DNA of 43,220 bases, from the IMG/VR virus record IMGVR_UViG_2563366806_000003. One strand, written 5' to 3'. Below are positions 26,820-37,266 of the stretch, in pieces. This stretch comes from a virus (Duplodnaviria; Heunggongvirae; Uroviricota; Caudoviricetes). Numbering within the stretch: the stretch's first letter is position 1; each line of letters begins with the position of its first letter. The notes below the pieces were generated by a model. The model searched no databases and had not been told where the DNA came from. It saw nothing but the letters and a program-made list of their open reading frames with translations. A program made the position numbers and the translations under genes.

Positions 26820-28300
26820 ACACCATTCCGTCGAATACGCTGGTTCCGCTGTTTTATGCGGAAATGGATAACCAGGCGGCGAATACTGCACAGGACAGCG
26901 GAGCATCGCTGCTGATTGGTCATGCCAATAACGGTGCAGAGATTGTTGCCAACAGTCTGGTGCTGATGCCGTCGGCAGACTATGCACGCCAGATTTGTGG
27001 TGCGGGAAGTCAGCTGGCGCGTATGGTCGAGGCTTATCGCCAGACCGACCCGTTTGGTGAGCTGTATGTGATTGCCGTTCCTGAATCCACGGGCGCGGCG
27101 GCAACGGTTACGCTGACGGTGACCGGGGCGGCAACCGAAACCGGCACGGTTAATGTTTATGTGGGACGTACCCGCGTACAGGCACCGGTGACCAACGGCG
27201 ATAACGTTGCGACGATTGCCAGCAGTATCAAAGATGCCATCAATGCCGTTCCGGCCCTGCCGTTTACGGCTTCATCTTCGGCAGGCGTGGTCACACTGAC
27301 CGCGCGTCATAAGGGGCTTTGCGGGAATGAAATTCCTGTCAGCCTCAATTACTACGGGTTTGGTGGGGGCGAAGTGCTGCCAGCGGGCGTACAGATTGCC
27401 GTGGCGACGGGTACCGCCGGAACGGGCGCTCCGGTTCTCACCGGCGCGGTGGCTGCAATGGCGGATGAGCCGTTTGATTATATCGGCCTGCCGTTCAACG
27501 ACACGGCCTCCGTTAACACGCTGGTGACCGAGATGAACGATACCAGCGGTCGCTGGAGCTATGCGCGTCAGCTGTATGGTCATGTGTATACGGCAAAGAT
27601 CGGCACGCTGTCAGAACTGGTGACCGCAGGTGACCAGTTTAACCAGCAGCACATTACCCTGGCGGGATACGAAAAAGACACTCAGACGCCAGCCGACGAG
27701 CTGGCGGCAAGCCGTACCGCCCGCGCAGCGGTGTTTATTCGCAACGATCCGGCACGTCCCACGCAGACCGGTGAGCTGGTGGGTATGCTGCCTGCGCCGA
27801 AGGGGAAACGGTTCACGATGACCGAGCAACAGACCCTGCTGTCTCATGGCGTGGCAACGGCGTATGTCGAAAGTGGGGTACTGCGCATTCAGCGTGATGT
27901 CACCACGTACAGGAAAAACGCTTACGGGGTTGCGGATAACAGCTACCTCGACAGTGAGACGCTGCATACCAGCGCGTATGTACTGCGCAAACTGAAATCC
28001 GTCATTACCAGTAAGTACGGGCGTCACAAGCTTGCCAGTGACGGTACCCGCTTTGGTCCCGGTCAGGCGATTGTCACCCCGGCGGTGATCAAAGGGGAAC
28101 TGCTGGCAACCTACCGTCAGCTCGAGCGTGCGGGGATCGTGGAAAACTACGAACTGTTTAAGCAGTACCTGGTTGTGGAGCGTGATGCCAGCGATCCGAA
28201 CCGCCTGAACACGCTGTTCCCGCCTGACTATGTTAACCAGTTGCGTGTCTTTGCCGTGGTTAACCAGTTCCGTCTTCAGTATTCAGAGGAGTCTGCATAA
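26804..28300 (+). CDS. Contractile tail sheath protein (Mu L-like)
   Basis: 498 aa, immediately upstream of a 118-aa tube gene; Mu-like order. Confidence 0.8.
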   Translation: MTISFNTIPSNTLVPLFYAEMDNQAANTAQDSGASLLIGHANNGAEIVANSLVLMPSADYARQICGAGSQLARMVEAYRQTDPFGELYVIAVPESTGAAATVTLTVTGAATETGTVNVYVGRTRVQAPVTNGDNVATIASSIKDAINAVPALPFTASSSAGVVTLTARHKGLCGNEIPVSLNYYGFGGGEVLPAGVQIAVATGTAGTGAPVLTGAVAAMADEPFDYIGLPFNDTASVNTLVTEMNDTSGRWSYARQLYGHVYTAKIGTLSELVTAGDQFNQQHITLAGYEKDTQTPADELAASRTARAAVFIRNDPARPTQTGELVGMLPAPKGKRFTMTEQQTLLSHGVATAYVESGVLRIQRDVTTYRKNAYGVADNSYLDSETLHTSAYVLRKLKSVITSKYGRHKLASDGTRFGPGQAIVTPAVIKGELLATYRQLERAGIVENYELFKQYLVVERDASDPNRLNTLFPPDYVNQLRVFAVVNQFRLQYSEESA

Positions 28301-28656
28301 TGGCCCGTATCGGGGGAACCTGTTATTTCAAAATTGACGGTCAGCAGCTATCGCTGACCGGCGGCATTGAGGTGCCCATGAACAAAACGGTTAACGATGA
28401 CATCATCGGCCTGGACGGTTCAGTGGACCGCAAGGAAACTCACCGTGCACCTTATGTCAAAGGGACCTTCAAGGTGCCGAAGAATTTTCCGGTGAGCAAA
28501 ATCACCTCGTCTGATGAGATGACCATCACTGCCGAGCTGGCGAACGGTCAGGTCTATGTACTGTCGTCTGCCTGGCTGCACGGCGAAGCGAACCATAATG
28601 CCGAAGAAGGCACGGTCGATCTTGAGTTCCACGGTGAAGAAGGGGATTACCAGTAA
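28300..28656 (+). CDS. Tail tube protein (Mu M-like)
   Basis: 118 aa, ATGA-coupled to the sheath gene. Confidence 0.75.
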   Translation: MARIGGTCYFKIDGQQLSLTGGIEVPMNKTVNDDIIGLDGSVDRKETHRAPYVKGTFKVPKNFPVSKITSSDEMTITAELANGQVYVLSSAWLHGEANHNAEEGTVDLEFHGEEGDYQ

Positions 28657-28925
28657 TGAAAGAGCTTGAGTTAAAGAAACCGATTACCGCTCATGGCGAG
28701 ACACTCTCCGTACTGGAGTTTGATGAGCCCACCGGGAAAGATGTCCGCGAGCTGGGATATCCCTACCAGATGAATCAGGATGAGTCCGTCAGACTTCTGG
28801 CGCATGTGGTATCGAAATACATCGTGCGGCTGGCGAAAGTGCCGCAAAGCTCTGTCGACCAGATGTCTCCGGCAGACCTGAATGCAGCGGCGTGGCTTGT
28901 GGCCGGTTTTTTCCTCCAGGCCTGA
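28656..28925 (+). CDS. Tail assembly chaperone
   Basis: Small acidic protein before the tape-measure gene; overlapped at its 3' end by an alternative-frame ORF (28892-29074). Confidence 0.6.
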   Translation: MKELELKKPITAHGETLSVLEFDEPTGKDVRELGYPYQMNQDESVRLLAHVVSKYIVRLAKVPQSSVDQMSPADLNAAAWLVAGFFLQA

Positions 28926-29074
28926 CGGCTGAATACCTCACTGATCGCTTCTTTGACTGCGCCAGTTACTGGCGCATTAATCCCTTCGAATTGCTGAATA
29001 TGCCGATCAGTGAAATTCCCTTGCTGGTCAGTCAGGCAAACAGGATAGAGCAGGAGAAACGCACACATGGCTGA
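28892..29074 (+). CDS. Putative frameshift extension of the tail assembly chaperone
   Basis: Overlapping ORF in another frame between chaperone and tape measure; ggttttttcc slippery-like run in the overlap. Confidence 0.35.
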   Translation: MACGRFFPPGLTAEYLTDRFFDCASYWRINPFELLNMPISEIPLLVSQANRIEQEKRTHG

Positions 29075-31022
29075 ATTTGAGCTTAAGGCGTTGATCACCG
29101 GTGTCGACAGGCTTTCTCCCGCGCTGTCGAAAATGCAAAAGAAAATCCGGGGATTTAAACGCCAGGCGGAAGAAGCGTCACAGGGTGGGCTGGCGCTTGG
29201 TGGCGGACTGGCAGCGGGTCTGACGCTTTCCCTGAAATCTTATGCCGATCAGGAAAACGCCGCCACCGGGCTGAAAGTCGCCATGATGGATGCGAACGGC
29301 GAGGTTGGAAAGAGCTTTCAGGACATCAATAAACTGGCTATTGGCCTGGGTAACCAGCTACCCGGTACAACGGCTGATTTCCAGAACATGATGCAGATGC
29401 TGGTGCGTCAGGGGATCCCGGCAGAAAACATTCTTGGTGGTGTGGGTAAAGCGACAGCTTATCTTGCGGTACAACTGAAAAAAACACCGGAAGCGGCTGC
29501 TGAGTTTGCTGCAAAGATGCAGGATGCTACCGGAACGGCGTCAGAAGACATGATGGGGCTGTTCGACACTATCCAGAAGGCGTTTTATCTGGGCGTTGAC
29601 GATACCAACATGTTGTCCTTCTTCACTAAAACCAGTTCTGTTCTGAAGATGGTGAACAAGGACGGTCTTCAGGCTGCACAGAGCCTTGCCCCCATCAGCG
29701 TCATGATGGATCAGATGGGGATGAACGGGGAGTCGGCAGGTAATGCCCTGCGAAAAGTTATCCAGTCCGGATTAAGCGTTAAGAAAATCAGGGACGTCAA
29801 TAAAGTCATGGCCCGCCAGAGACTCGGGGTACAGCTCGATTTTACTGACGGCAAAGGAAGTTTTGGCGGTCTTGATAACATGTTCAGGCAACTGGCAAAG
29901 CTGCGAAAACTGACCGACGTTAAGCGAACAGGTGTACTTAAGGCAATATTTGGTGATGATGCCGAAACCCTTCAGGTGGTCAATGCACTAATCGATAAAG
30001 GAAAGGATGGCTACGATCAGATCCAGCAGAAGATGAATAAACAGGCCAGCCTGAATAAACGTGTTCAGGCACAGCTTGGTACGCTGTCCAACCTGTGGGA
30101 GGCAATGACGGGGACCGCAACTAACGGCCTTGCGGCTATTGGCGGCGCATTTTCTGGTGACGCCAAAAATATCACGCAATGGCTGGGGGAGTTGGGGGAA
30201 AAATTCACGAAGTTTGCGGATGAAAATCCCCGGGTTATTCGCGGCGTCGTCGGGCTTGCTGCCGGTCTTGCGATTCTGAAACTGGGATTGATGGGCGTGG
30301 GCAGTGCCATCAGTATCGTCAGCAGGATCATGTCGATGACGCCGATTGGCATGATTGCGACGGCGATTGCCTTGGCTGCGGGATTAATTATCACTAACTG
30401 GGATGTTGTTGGACCTTATTTCAAGAAGCTCTGGGAAACCATTGGTCCTTATTTTGAGGCTGGCTGGGAACTTCTGAAGAAGGTTTTTGCCTGGTCGCCG
30501 CTGGGGATGGTAATCAATAACTGGGGACCGGTTGTTAAGTGGTTTCAGGATATGTGGGACAAGCTGAAGCCAATTATTGAGTGGTTTACCGACAGTTCCG
30601 GTGACACGGTCGATGCCATTAACTCGGCGCAGTGGGGCGCGGGTGCTTATGATGCTTATGGGACGGGAATACCGCCACGGGGATACACTCCTTATCCGGC
30701 GCAGTCAAACAACGCCTCCGGTGACACGGTCGATGCCATTAACTCTGCGCAGTGGGGCGCGGGTGCTTATGATGCTTATGGGACGGGAATACCGGCGCGG
30801 GGATACACACCTTATCCGGCGGTAGATCCGGCTCAGTCAAACAACGCCTCCGATGCTACAGGCCCGAATCCCTTCATGATTAACAAAGCTTCTGCGCCAA
30901 AAGTTGACGGTGAGATCAAGGTCTCTTTTGTGAATTCGCCTCCGGGTATGCGGGTTATGGAAACGCGATCCAGCGGTTTTGATATAAATCACGATGTTGG
31001 CTATACGCATATTGGCAGATGA
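29067..31022 (+). CDS. Tail tape measure protein
   Basis: 651 aa, helical/Gly-Ala-rich with hydrophobic segments; contains a tandem duplication. Confidence 0.85.
   Translation: MAEFELKALITGVDRLSPALSKMQKKIRGFKRQAEEASQGGLALGGGLAAGLTLSLKSYADQENAATGLKVAMMDANGEVGKSFQDINKLAIGLGNQLPGTTADFQNMMQMLVRQGIPAENILGGVGKATAYLAVQLKKTPEAAAEFAAKMQDATGTASEDMMGLFDTIQKAFYLGVDDTNMLSFFTKTSSVLKMVNKDGLQAAQSLAPISVMMDQMGMNGESAGNALRKVIQSGLSVKKIRDVNKVMARQRLGVQLDFTDGKGSFGGLDNMFRQLAKLRKLTDVKRTGVLKAIFGDDAETLQVVNALIDKGKDGYDQIQQKMNKQASLNKRVQAQLGTLSNLWEAMTGTATNGLAAIGGAFSGDAKNITQWLGELGEKFTKFADENPRVIRGVVGLAAGLAILKLGLMGVGSAISIVSRIMSMTPIGMIATAIALAAGLIITNWDVVGPYFKKLWETIGPYFEAGWELLKKVFAWSPLGMVINNWGPVVKWFQDMWDKLKPIIEWFTDSSGDTVDAINSAQWGAGAYDAYGTGIPPRGYTPYPAQSNNASGDTVDAINSAQWGAGAYDAYGTGIPARGYTPYPAVDPAQSNNASDATGPNPFMINKASAPKVDGEIKVSFVNSPPGMRVMETRSSGFDINHDVGYTHIGR
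30596..30835 (+). repeat. Tandem duplication (about 120 bp x2) inside the tape measure gene
   Basis: ggtgacacggtcgatgccattaactc…ccttatccggcg occurs twice consecutively, encoding SGDTVDAINSAQWGAGAYDAYGTGIP(P/A)RGYTPYPA twice. Confidence 0.85.
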
Positions 31023-31074
31023 CGGAACCAGATATAATTTGTCTTTAAGTTTGTTATCAACTGAAGGGAAATCT

Positions 31075-31452
31075 ATGGGTCTGTTACATGCCATTATAGG
31101 TAATGCCGGTGAAATTAATGCATCAGATGCACAACAGGAATTAGGGGCTGTTTTAGGTGAGGGAGAAAATGTCGAACTTGCCTATAAACTCATTCGTGAC
31201 CAAATTATTCTGACTAACAGAAGGTTAATTTTTATTGATAAGCAGGGTGTCACAGGGAAAAAAGTAGAGTATCGTTCGATTCCTTATAAATCTGTGACAA
31301 ACTTTTCTATTGAAACCGCCGGGCATCTTGATCTTGATGCTGAAATGAAGATATGGATTTCTGGTATTGCAGAACCGATAAAAAAACAGTTCAGTAAAGG
31401 AGCAAACATTTATAAATTGCAGGCTCATCTGGCTCAAAAAATAGCAGGGTAA
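31075..31452 (+). CDS. Bacterial PH-domain-like protein (moron in the tail operon)
   Basis: AT-rich 125-aa ORF (…ILTNRRLIFIDKQGVTGKKVEYRSIPYKSVTNFSIETAG…) with its own sigma70-like promoter and terminator. Confidence 0.5.
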   Translation: MGLLHAIIGNAGEINASDAQQELGAVLGEGENVELAYKLIRDQIILTNRRLIFIDKQGVTGKKVEYRSIPYKSVTNFSIETAGHLDLDAEMKIWISGIAEPIKKQFSKGANIYKLQAHLAQKIAG

Positions 31453-31478
31453 ACCTTACATTAATTTATGTCTTTCAT

Positions 31479-31501
31479 GCCCACTTCGGTGGGCTTTTTT
31501 A
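31479..31501 (+). terminator. Intrinsic terminator after the PH-domain-like moron
   Basis: gcccac-ttcg-gtgggc hairpin plus T6. Confidence 0.7.
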
Positions 31502-31515
31502 TATCCGGAGTTTAT

Positions 31516-32844
31516 ATGACGTGGAAAGACAGGCTTCAGGACGCGTCATTTCGCGGTGTGCCGTTTAAGGTTGAAGAAGAAAGTGCGGGAACAGGTCGCC
31601 GTGTGGAAACACACGAATATCCGAACCGCGACAAACCCTATACCGAAGATCTGGGAAAAGTCACTTTCCGCCCGTCCATCACGGCTTATGTGGTGGGCGA
31701 TGACTGCTTTGACCAGCGCGATCGCCTGATTGACGCGCTGAATAAACCCGGTCCCGGCACGCTTGTCCACCCGACTTACGGTGAGCTGAAAGTCTGTGTT
31801 GACGGAGAGGTTCGGGTCAGCACATCGAAAAGTGAAGGGCGTATTGTCCGCTTTGACCTGAAGTTTGTCGAAGCGGGAGAACTCTCTTACCCCACATCAG
31901 GTGCGGCGACGGCGCAGACGCTGATGTCATCCTGTTCTGCACTGGATGACTGCATCAGTGACAGCTTCAGCGGTTTCAGTATCGATGGTGTGGCGGATTT
32001 CGTGCAGAACGACGTTATCGGTAATGCCAGCATAATGCTGGGGTATGTTTCTGATGCGATGAAAGTGGTGGATTCTGCCGTATCGGATGCCGCCAGGCTG
32101 TTGCAGGGGGATATCTCGGTACTTCTGCCGCCGCCATCGTCAGGCAAAAATTTCGTTGAGCAGGTGCAGAAAATGTGGCGTACCGGGAAACGCCTTTATG
32201 GTAACGCCAGCGACCTGGTCACCATGATCAAAACGCTTTCCGGTGTCAGCCTCGGCAGCGATCTGCAACCGCGCGGCGTCTGGAAAACGGACAGTAAAAC
32301 CACCGCCACGGCGACGCAGCAGCGTAACGTGGTTGCCAGCACCCTTCGTGCGACCGCAATCAGCGAAGCGGCGTATGCCGTCACCCGATTGCCTGCGCCA
32401 ACAACTTCCGCGGTGATGCAGAATGCCGCAGTGGGGCAGTCAACAACTTCCGCGCAGAGCAACAACTGGCCTTCCGTCACGCATCCGGCACTGAACAATG
32501 CACCGGCGGTGAAAAACACGGTTGACCTGCCAACGTGGGAAGAACTGACTGACATTCGCGACACACTGAATACGGCAATTGATAAGGAGTTGTCCCGTAC
32601 AACCAGTGATGCGCTGTTTCTGGCGCTGCGCCGGGTGAAAGCAGATCTGAATGCGGATATCAACACGCGCCTTGAACAGTCTGCTCGGATCATTCAGCGC
32701 ACGCCGGATGAGGTCTTACCCGCGCTGGTGCTGGCGGCGACCTGGTTTGATAACGCGGCGCGTGACGCGGACATTATCCGGCGTAATGCCATTACGCATC
32801 CCGGCTTTGTGCCGGTGATCCCTCTGAAGGTGCCAGTGCAATGA
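31516..32844 (+). CDS. DNA circularization protein (Mu N-like)
   Basis: MTWKDRLQDASFRGVPFKVEEES… is the typical N-terminus of this family; follows the tape measure. Confidence 0.75.
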   Translation: MTWKDRLQDASFRGVPFKVEEESAGTGRRVETHEYPNRDKPYTEDLGKVTFRPSITAYVVGDDCFDQRDRLIDALNKPGPGTLVHPTYGELKVCVDGEVRVSTSKSEGRIVRFDLKFVEAGELSYPTSGAATAQTLMSSCSALDDCISDSFSGFSIDGVADFVQNDVIGNASIMLGYVSDAMKVVDSAVSDAARLLQGDISVLLPPPSSGKNFVEQVQKMWRTGKRLYGNASDLVTMIKTLSGVSLGSDLQPRGVWKTDSKTTATATQQRNVVASTLRATAISEAAYAVTRLPAPTTSAVMQNAAVGQSTTSAQSNNWPSVTHPALNNAPAVKNTVDLPTWEELTDIRDTLNTAIDKELSRTTSDALFLALRRVKADLNADINTRLEQSARIIQRTPDEVLPALVLAATWFDNAARDADIIRRNAITHPGFVPVIPLKVPVQ

Positions 32845-33920
32845 ACGATAACGTCACGCTACGGGTAAATGGCCGGGAGTGGAATGGCTGGACATCGGTG
32901 CGCATCGGTGCCGGTATTGAACGGCTGGCGCGGGATTTCAGCGTGGAGATCACCCGCCAGTGGCCGGGAGATGAGGGTATCACCACGCTTCAGCCGCGCA
33001 TTAAAAATGGTTCAAAAGTGGAAGTGCTGATTGGTGATGAGCTGGTGATCACCGGCTGGGTGGAGGCGACCCCCGTTCGTTACGATGCCCGTTCGGTCAG
33101 CACCGGTATTGCCGGACGTAGTCTGACGGCTGACCTGATTGACTGTGCAGCCGAACCGACACAGTTTAACGGACGCTCGCTGGTGCAGATTGCGCAGGCG
33201 CTTGCTGCGCCTTTCGGCATTGAGGTGGTGAACAGCGATGCGCCGTCGGGTGTTATTCCGGATGTCCAGCCTGATCACGGTGAAACGGTGATCGAGGTGA
33301 TCAACAAAATACTCGGTCAGCAGCAGGCGCTGGCTTATGACGACCCGCACGGCAGGCTGGTGATTGGTGGTATTGGCTCAACGCGGGCACATACCGCGCT
33401 GGTACTTGGGGAAAACATCCTTTCCTGTGATACGGAGAAGAGTATCCGGGAGCGGTTTTCAGTTTACCAGGTGGCGGGGCAGCGTGCCGGAAACGACGAT
33501 GATTTCGGTGAGGCCACCACCACCGCGCTGCGGGCCCGCACAGAGGACGCATTTATTGCCCGTTACCGTCCGATGTATATCAGGCAGACAGGGCAGGCTA
33601 CGGGGGCAGGCTGTATTGCCCGTGCGGACTTTGAAGCCCGACAACGGGCGGCGCGGACGGATGAAACCACCTATGTGGTGCAGGGCTGGCGACAGGGTAA
33701 CGGTACGCTGTGGCAGCCCAACCAGCGGGTGATTGTCTTTGATCCGGTCTGTGGTTTCGACAATACCGAACTGCTTGTTTCGGAAGTCACGTTTACTCAG
33801 GACCAGAACGGCACCCTGACGGAAATCCGTGTCGGCCCACCTGATGCTTATCTGCCTGAACCCGAAGCCCCCGGCGCGCGGAAAAAGAAAAAAGCCAGAG
33901 TACAGGAGGAGCCGTTCTGA
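32841..33920 (+). CDS. Mu P-like tail/baseplate hub protein
   Basis: 359 aa; gene order N-P-V-W-J as in Mu-like tails. Confidence 0.65.
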   Translation: MNDNVTLRVNGREWNGWTSVRIGAGIERLARDFSVEITRQWPGDEGITTLQPRIKNGSKVEVLIGDELVITGWVEATPVRYDARSVSTGIAGRSLTADLIDCAAEPTQFNGRSLVQIAQALAAPFGIEVVNSDAPSGVIPDVQPDHGETVIEVINKILGQQQALAYDDPHGRLVIGGIGSTRAHTALVLGENILSCDTEKSIRERFSVYQVAGQRAGNDDDFGEATTTALRARTEDAFIARYRPMYIRQTGQATGAGCIARADFEARQRAARTDETTYVVQGWRQGNGTLWQPNQRVIVFDPVCGFDNTELLVSEVTFTQDQNGTLTEIRVGPPDAYLPEPEAPGARKKKKARVQEEPF

Positions 33921-34468
33921 TGAGGACGATTGAAGCCATGCAGCGACAACTCCTCGGCCTGATTGGGCGGGCCGTGGTGAAAAGCATCAGTGCCGCCACG
34001 AAATGTCAGACCGTGGATGTGTCCCTGATTGCCGGTGAACCCAAAGCCGGGGTTGAACATCTTGAACCCTACGGTTTTACCGCAAGGGCAAACAGCGGTG
34101 CGGAAGCGGTGGTGTTGTTTCCGGATGGCGACCGTTCTCATGCGGTGGTTGTTACGGTGTCGGACCGTCGCTACCGCCTGAAAGGGCTGCAAACGGGGGA
34201 GGTGGCTGTCTATGACGATCAGGGGCAGTCCGTGACGCTGACCAGGGAGGGGATCGTGGTGGACGGTGCAGGTAAAACGATCACGTTTCGCAATGCGCCC
34301 AGAGCACGCTTTGAAATGGACCTGGAAGTGACAGGACAGGTGAAAGACCTGTGCGACTCCGGCGGCACCACCATGTCAGCGATGCGGCTTGCCTATAACG
34401 GGCATCGTCACAGAGAGAACGGTCAGGGAAGTAACACCGACAAACCTGATAAAGCGATGGAGGCATGA
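33920..34468 (+). CDS. Baseplate assembly protein V (spike)
   Basis: 182 aa, position and size. Confidence 0.6.
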   Translation: MRTIEAMQRQLLGLIGRAVVKSISAATKCQTVDVSLIAGEPKAGVEHLEPYGFTARANSGAEAVVLFPDGDRSHAVVVTVSDRRYRLKGLQTGEVAVYDDQGQSVTLTREGIVVDGAGKTITFRNAPRARFEMDLEVTGQVKDLCDSGGTTMSAMRLAYNGHRHRENGQGSNTDKPDKAMEA

Positions 34469-34893
34469 TGGAACTGTGGCTGACGGTGAACGGTAAACGC
34501 ACCTGCGCCAGCGCACCGCTGGATCCGCTGCCCCGCGCCGTGGTGATTTCCCTGTTCACCTGGCGGCGGGCGGAGCCTGATGACAACGCCGACGTCCCGA
34601 TGGGATGGTGGGGGGATACCTGGCCTGCGGTACAGAATGACCGTTACGGCTCCCGACTGTGGCTGCTTCAGCGCAGCAAACTGACCAATCAGCTGGTGCA
34701 GACGGTAAGGGGGTATATCCGCGAATGCCTGCAATGGATGATTGATGACGGCGTGGTGTCCCGTATTGATCTGGATATCCGCCGCACCGGGATTAATGAG
34801 CTTGGTAACAGTATCACTCTCTGGCGTCGTGACGGACCGGTAATGATTTCTTTTGATGATCTGTGGAGTGCGATAACGCATGGCGGACAGTGA
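34465..34893 (+). CDS. Mu gp46-like baseplate protein
   Basis: 142 aa, between V-like and J-like genes. Confidence 0.55.
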   Translation: MMELWLTVNGKRTCASAPLDPLPRAVVISLFTWRRAEPDDNADVPMGWWGDTWPAVQNDRYGSRLWLLQRSKLTNQLVQTVRGYIRECLQWMIDDGVVSRIDLDIRRTGINELGNSITLWRRDGPVMISFDDLWSAITHGGQ

Positions 34894-35938
34894 ATTTCAG
34901 CGCCCGACGCTGGCAGAAAATATCAGTATGCTCCGTAACGATTTATTCGCCAGGCTGGACGTCAGCGACACGCTCCGGCGCATGGATGAAGACGTGCGGG
35001 CAAAGGTGTATGCGGCGGCGCTGCATACGGTTTACGGGTACATCGATTATCTGGCAATGAATATGCTGCCTGACCTGTGCGATGAGTCCTGGCTGGCGCG
35101 ACATGCTGCGATGAAACGGTGTCCGCGCAAGGGGGCCACGGCTGCCAGCGGGTATATGCGCTGGGAAGGTGTCAGCGATGGCCTGAAGGTGACTGCCGGG
35201 AGCGTGATTCAGCGCGATGACCTGGTTCAGTACACGGCAACTGCCGATGCAACCAGCTCCGGTGGTGTCCTGCGTGTGCCGATCACTTGCTCAACTACAG
35301 GCGCGGTCGGTAACGCTGACGACGGTACGGCATTAATCCTGGTCACGCCGGTGAATGGTCTGCCGTCTTCCGGTGTTGCAGATACCCTGACTGGCGGATT
35401 CGATACTGAAGATCTGGAAACGTGGCGCGCCCGCGTCATTGAGCGGTATTACTGGACGCCGCAGGGCGGGGCTGACGGGGACTATGTCGTCTGGGCTAAA
35501 GAAGTGCCCGGCATTACCCGCGCATGGACATACCGTCACTGGATGGGAACGGGAACTGTCGGTGTGATGATTGCCAGCAGTGACCTGATTAATCCCATTC
35601 CGGAAGAATCAACGGAAACGGCGGCAAGACAACATATCGTGCCACTGGCCCCGGTGGCAGGCTCTGATTTGTATGTGTTCAGGCCGGTGGCACATACGGT
35701 GGATTTTCATATCCGCGTGACGCCGGACACACCGGAAATACGGGCTGCCATCACCGCGGAGTTGCGTTCGTTCCTGCTGCGTGATGGTTATCCGCAGGGA
35801 GAACTGAAGGTATCGCGTATCAGTGAGGCGATTTCCGGTGCGAACGGGGAATACAGCCATCAGTTGTTTGCACCGGCAGACAATATCTCCATTGCAAAAA
35901 ATGAACTGGCGGTACTGGGGACGATTTCATGGACGTGA
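34880..35938 (+). CDS. Baseplate J-like protein (Mu gp47-like)
   Basis: 352 aa, position. Confidence 0.7.
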   Translation: MADSEFQRPTLAENISMLRNDLFARLDVSDTLRRMDEDVRAKVYAAALHTVYGYIDYLAMNMLPDLCDESWLARHAAMKRCPRKGATAASGYMRWEGVSDGLKVTAGSVIQRDDLVQYTATADATSSGGVLRVPITCSTTGAVGNADDGTALILVTPVNGLPSSGVADTLTGGFDTEDLETWRARVIERYYWTPQGGADGDYVVWAKEVPGITRAWTYRHWMGTGTVGVMIASSDLINPIPEESTETAARQHIVPLAPVAGSDLYVFRPVAHTVDFHIRVTPDTPEIRAAITAELRSFLLRDGYPQGELKVSRISEAISGANGEYSHQLFAPADNISIAKNELAVLGTISWT

Positions 35939-36513
35939 CAAACGATGATTACATCCGTCTGTTGTCGGCACTGTTGCCCCCCGGTCCGGCGTGGTCAGCC
36001 AGCGATCCGGCGATTGCCGGTGCGGCACCGTCATTAACCCGCGTTCATCAGCGTGCGGATGCCCTGATGCGGGAGCTGGATCCGCGCACCACCACCGAAC
36101 TGATAAATCGCTGGGAGCGTCTGTGCGGCCTGCCGGATGAATGTATTCCCGCAGGGACACAGACCCTTCGCCAGCGTCAGCAACGACTGGATGCGAAGGT
36201 TAACCTGGCGGGCGGCATCAATGAGGATTTTTACCTTGCACAGCTTGCTGCCCTGGGCAGACCAGACGCCACCATCACGCGATACGACAAAAGCACGTTC
36301 ACCTGCTCATCGGCCTGTACTGACGCGGTGAATGCGCCGGAATGGCGGTATTACTGGCAGGTCAACATGCCAGCCGCCACCAACACCACCTGGATGACAT
36401 GTGGCGATCCCTGTGATTCCGCACTGCGTATCTGGGGCGACACCGTTGTCGAGTGTGTGCTTAACAAACTCTGCCCGTCGCATACCTACGTAATTTTTAA
36501 ATATCCGGAGTAA
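35929..36513 (+). CDS. Mu gp48-like / YmfQ-like (DUF2313) tail protein
   Basis: 194 aa, directly upstream of the tail fibre gene, as in e14. Confidence 0.55.
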   Translation: MDVTNDDYIRLLSALLPPGPAWSASDPAIAGAAPSLTRVHQRADALMRELDPRTTTELINRWERLCGLPDECIPAGTQTLRQRQQRLDAKVNLAGGINEDFYLAQLAALGRPDATITRYDKSTFTCSSACTDAVNAPEWRYYWQVNMPAATNTTWMTCGDPCDSALRIWGDTVVECVLNKLCPSHTYVIFKYPE

Positions 36514-36516
36514 TCC

Positions 36517-37266
36517 ATGCATCGTATAGACACGAAAACCGCGCAGAAGGATAAGTTCGGCGCGGGTAAGAACGGTTTTACCCGTGGTAATCCCCAGACT
36601 GGTACGCCTGCCACCGATCTGGATGATGACTACTTTGACATGTTGCAGGAGGAGCTTTGCAGCGTTGTGGAGGCATCCGGTGCCAGCCTGGAGAAGGGGC
36701 GGCATGACCAGTTGCTTACCGCACTTCGCGCACTGCTGTTAAGCCGCAATAATCCGTTTGGTGATATCAAATCGGACGGCACGGTACCAACGGCTCTCGA
36801 AAACCTTGGTTTGGGAGAAGGTTCGGCATTACCCGTTGGTGTGCCTGTTCCGTGGCCTTCCGCCACTCCGCCAACAGGCTGGCTGAAATGCAACGGTGCG
36901 GCTTTTTCTGCTGAAGAATACCCGGAACTGGCAAAGGCTTACCCGACAAATAAATTGCCTGATTTACGTGGTGAGTTCATTCGTGGCTGGGATGACGGAA
37001 GAGGAATTGATACTAACCGTAGCTTGCTTTCATCACAGGGCGATGCCATTCGAAATATAATTGGTGCATTAGTGGATGTCAGGTTTAATACCTACCCTTC
37101 TGATTCTGGCGTTTTTACAACCAGCGTCATCGGAGATGCTTCATCTGATTCAATTAAAGGTGGTTATGCAAAGCGAGTAACATTCGATGCTTCCAGAGTT
37201 GTTCCAACTGCAAACGAAAACCGACCTCGTAACATTGCCTTTAATTATATCGTGAGGGCTGCCTGA
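36517..37266 (+). CDS. Tail fibre protein (constant N-terminus + variable C-terminus inside the invertible segment)
   Basis: N-terminus [44 protein letters not shown]… is typical of e14/Mu-type tail fibres; recombination site lies at codons [10 protein letters not shown]. Confidence 0.8.
   Translation: MHRIDTKTAQKDKFGAGKNGFTRGNPQTGTPATDLDDDYFDMLQEELCSVVEASGASLEKGRHDQLLTALRALLLSRNNPFGDIKSDGTVPTALENLGLGEGSALPVGVPVPWPSATPPTGWLKCNGAAFSAEEYPELAKAYPTNKLPDLRGEFIRGWDDGRGIDTNRSLLSSQGDAIRNIIGALVDVRFNTYPSDSGVFTTSVIGDASSDSIKGGYAKRVTFDASRVVPTANENRPRNIAFNYIVRAA
36795..36821. repeat. Left recombination site of the invertible segment (gix/hix-like)
   Basis: tctcgaaaaccttggtttgggagaagg; the 15-mer ttggtttgggagaag recurs inverted at 38604-38618. 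Confidence 0.7.

Noticed and set aside
30994-31074. Upstream extension of the PH-domain-like ORF overlapping the tape-measure 3' end
   Set aside because: The extension would cover the candidate promoter and has no RBS; ATG at 31075 with a gaaggg RBS is preferred.
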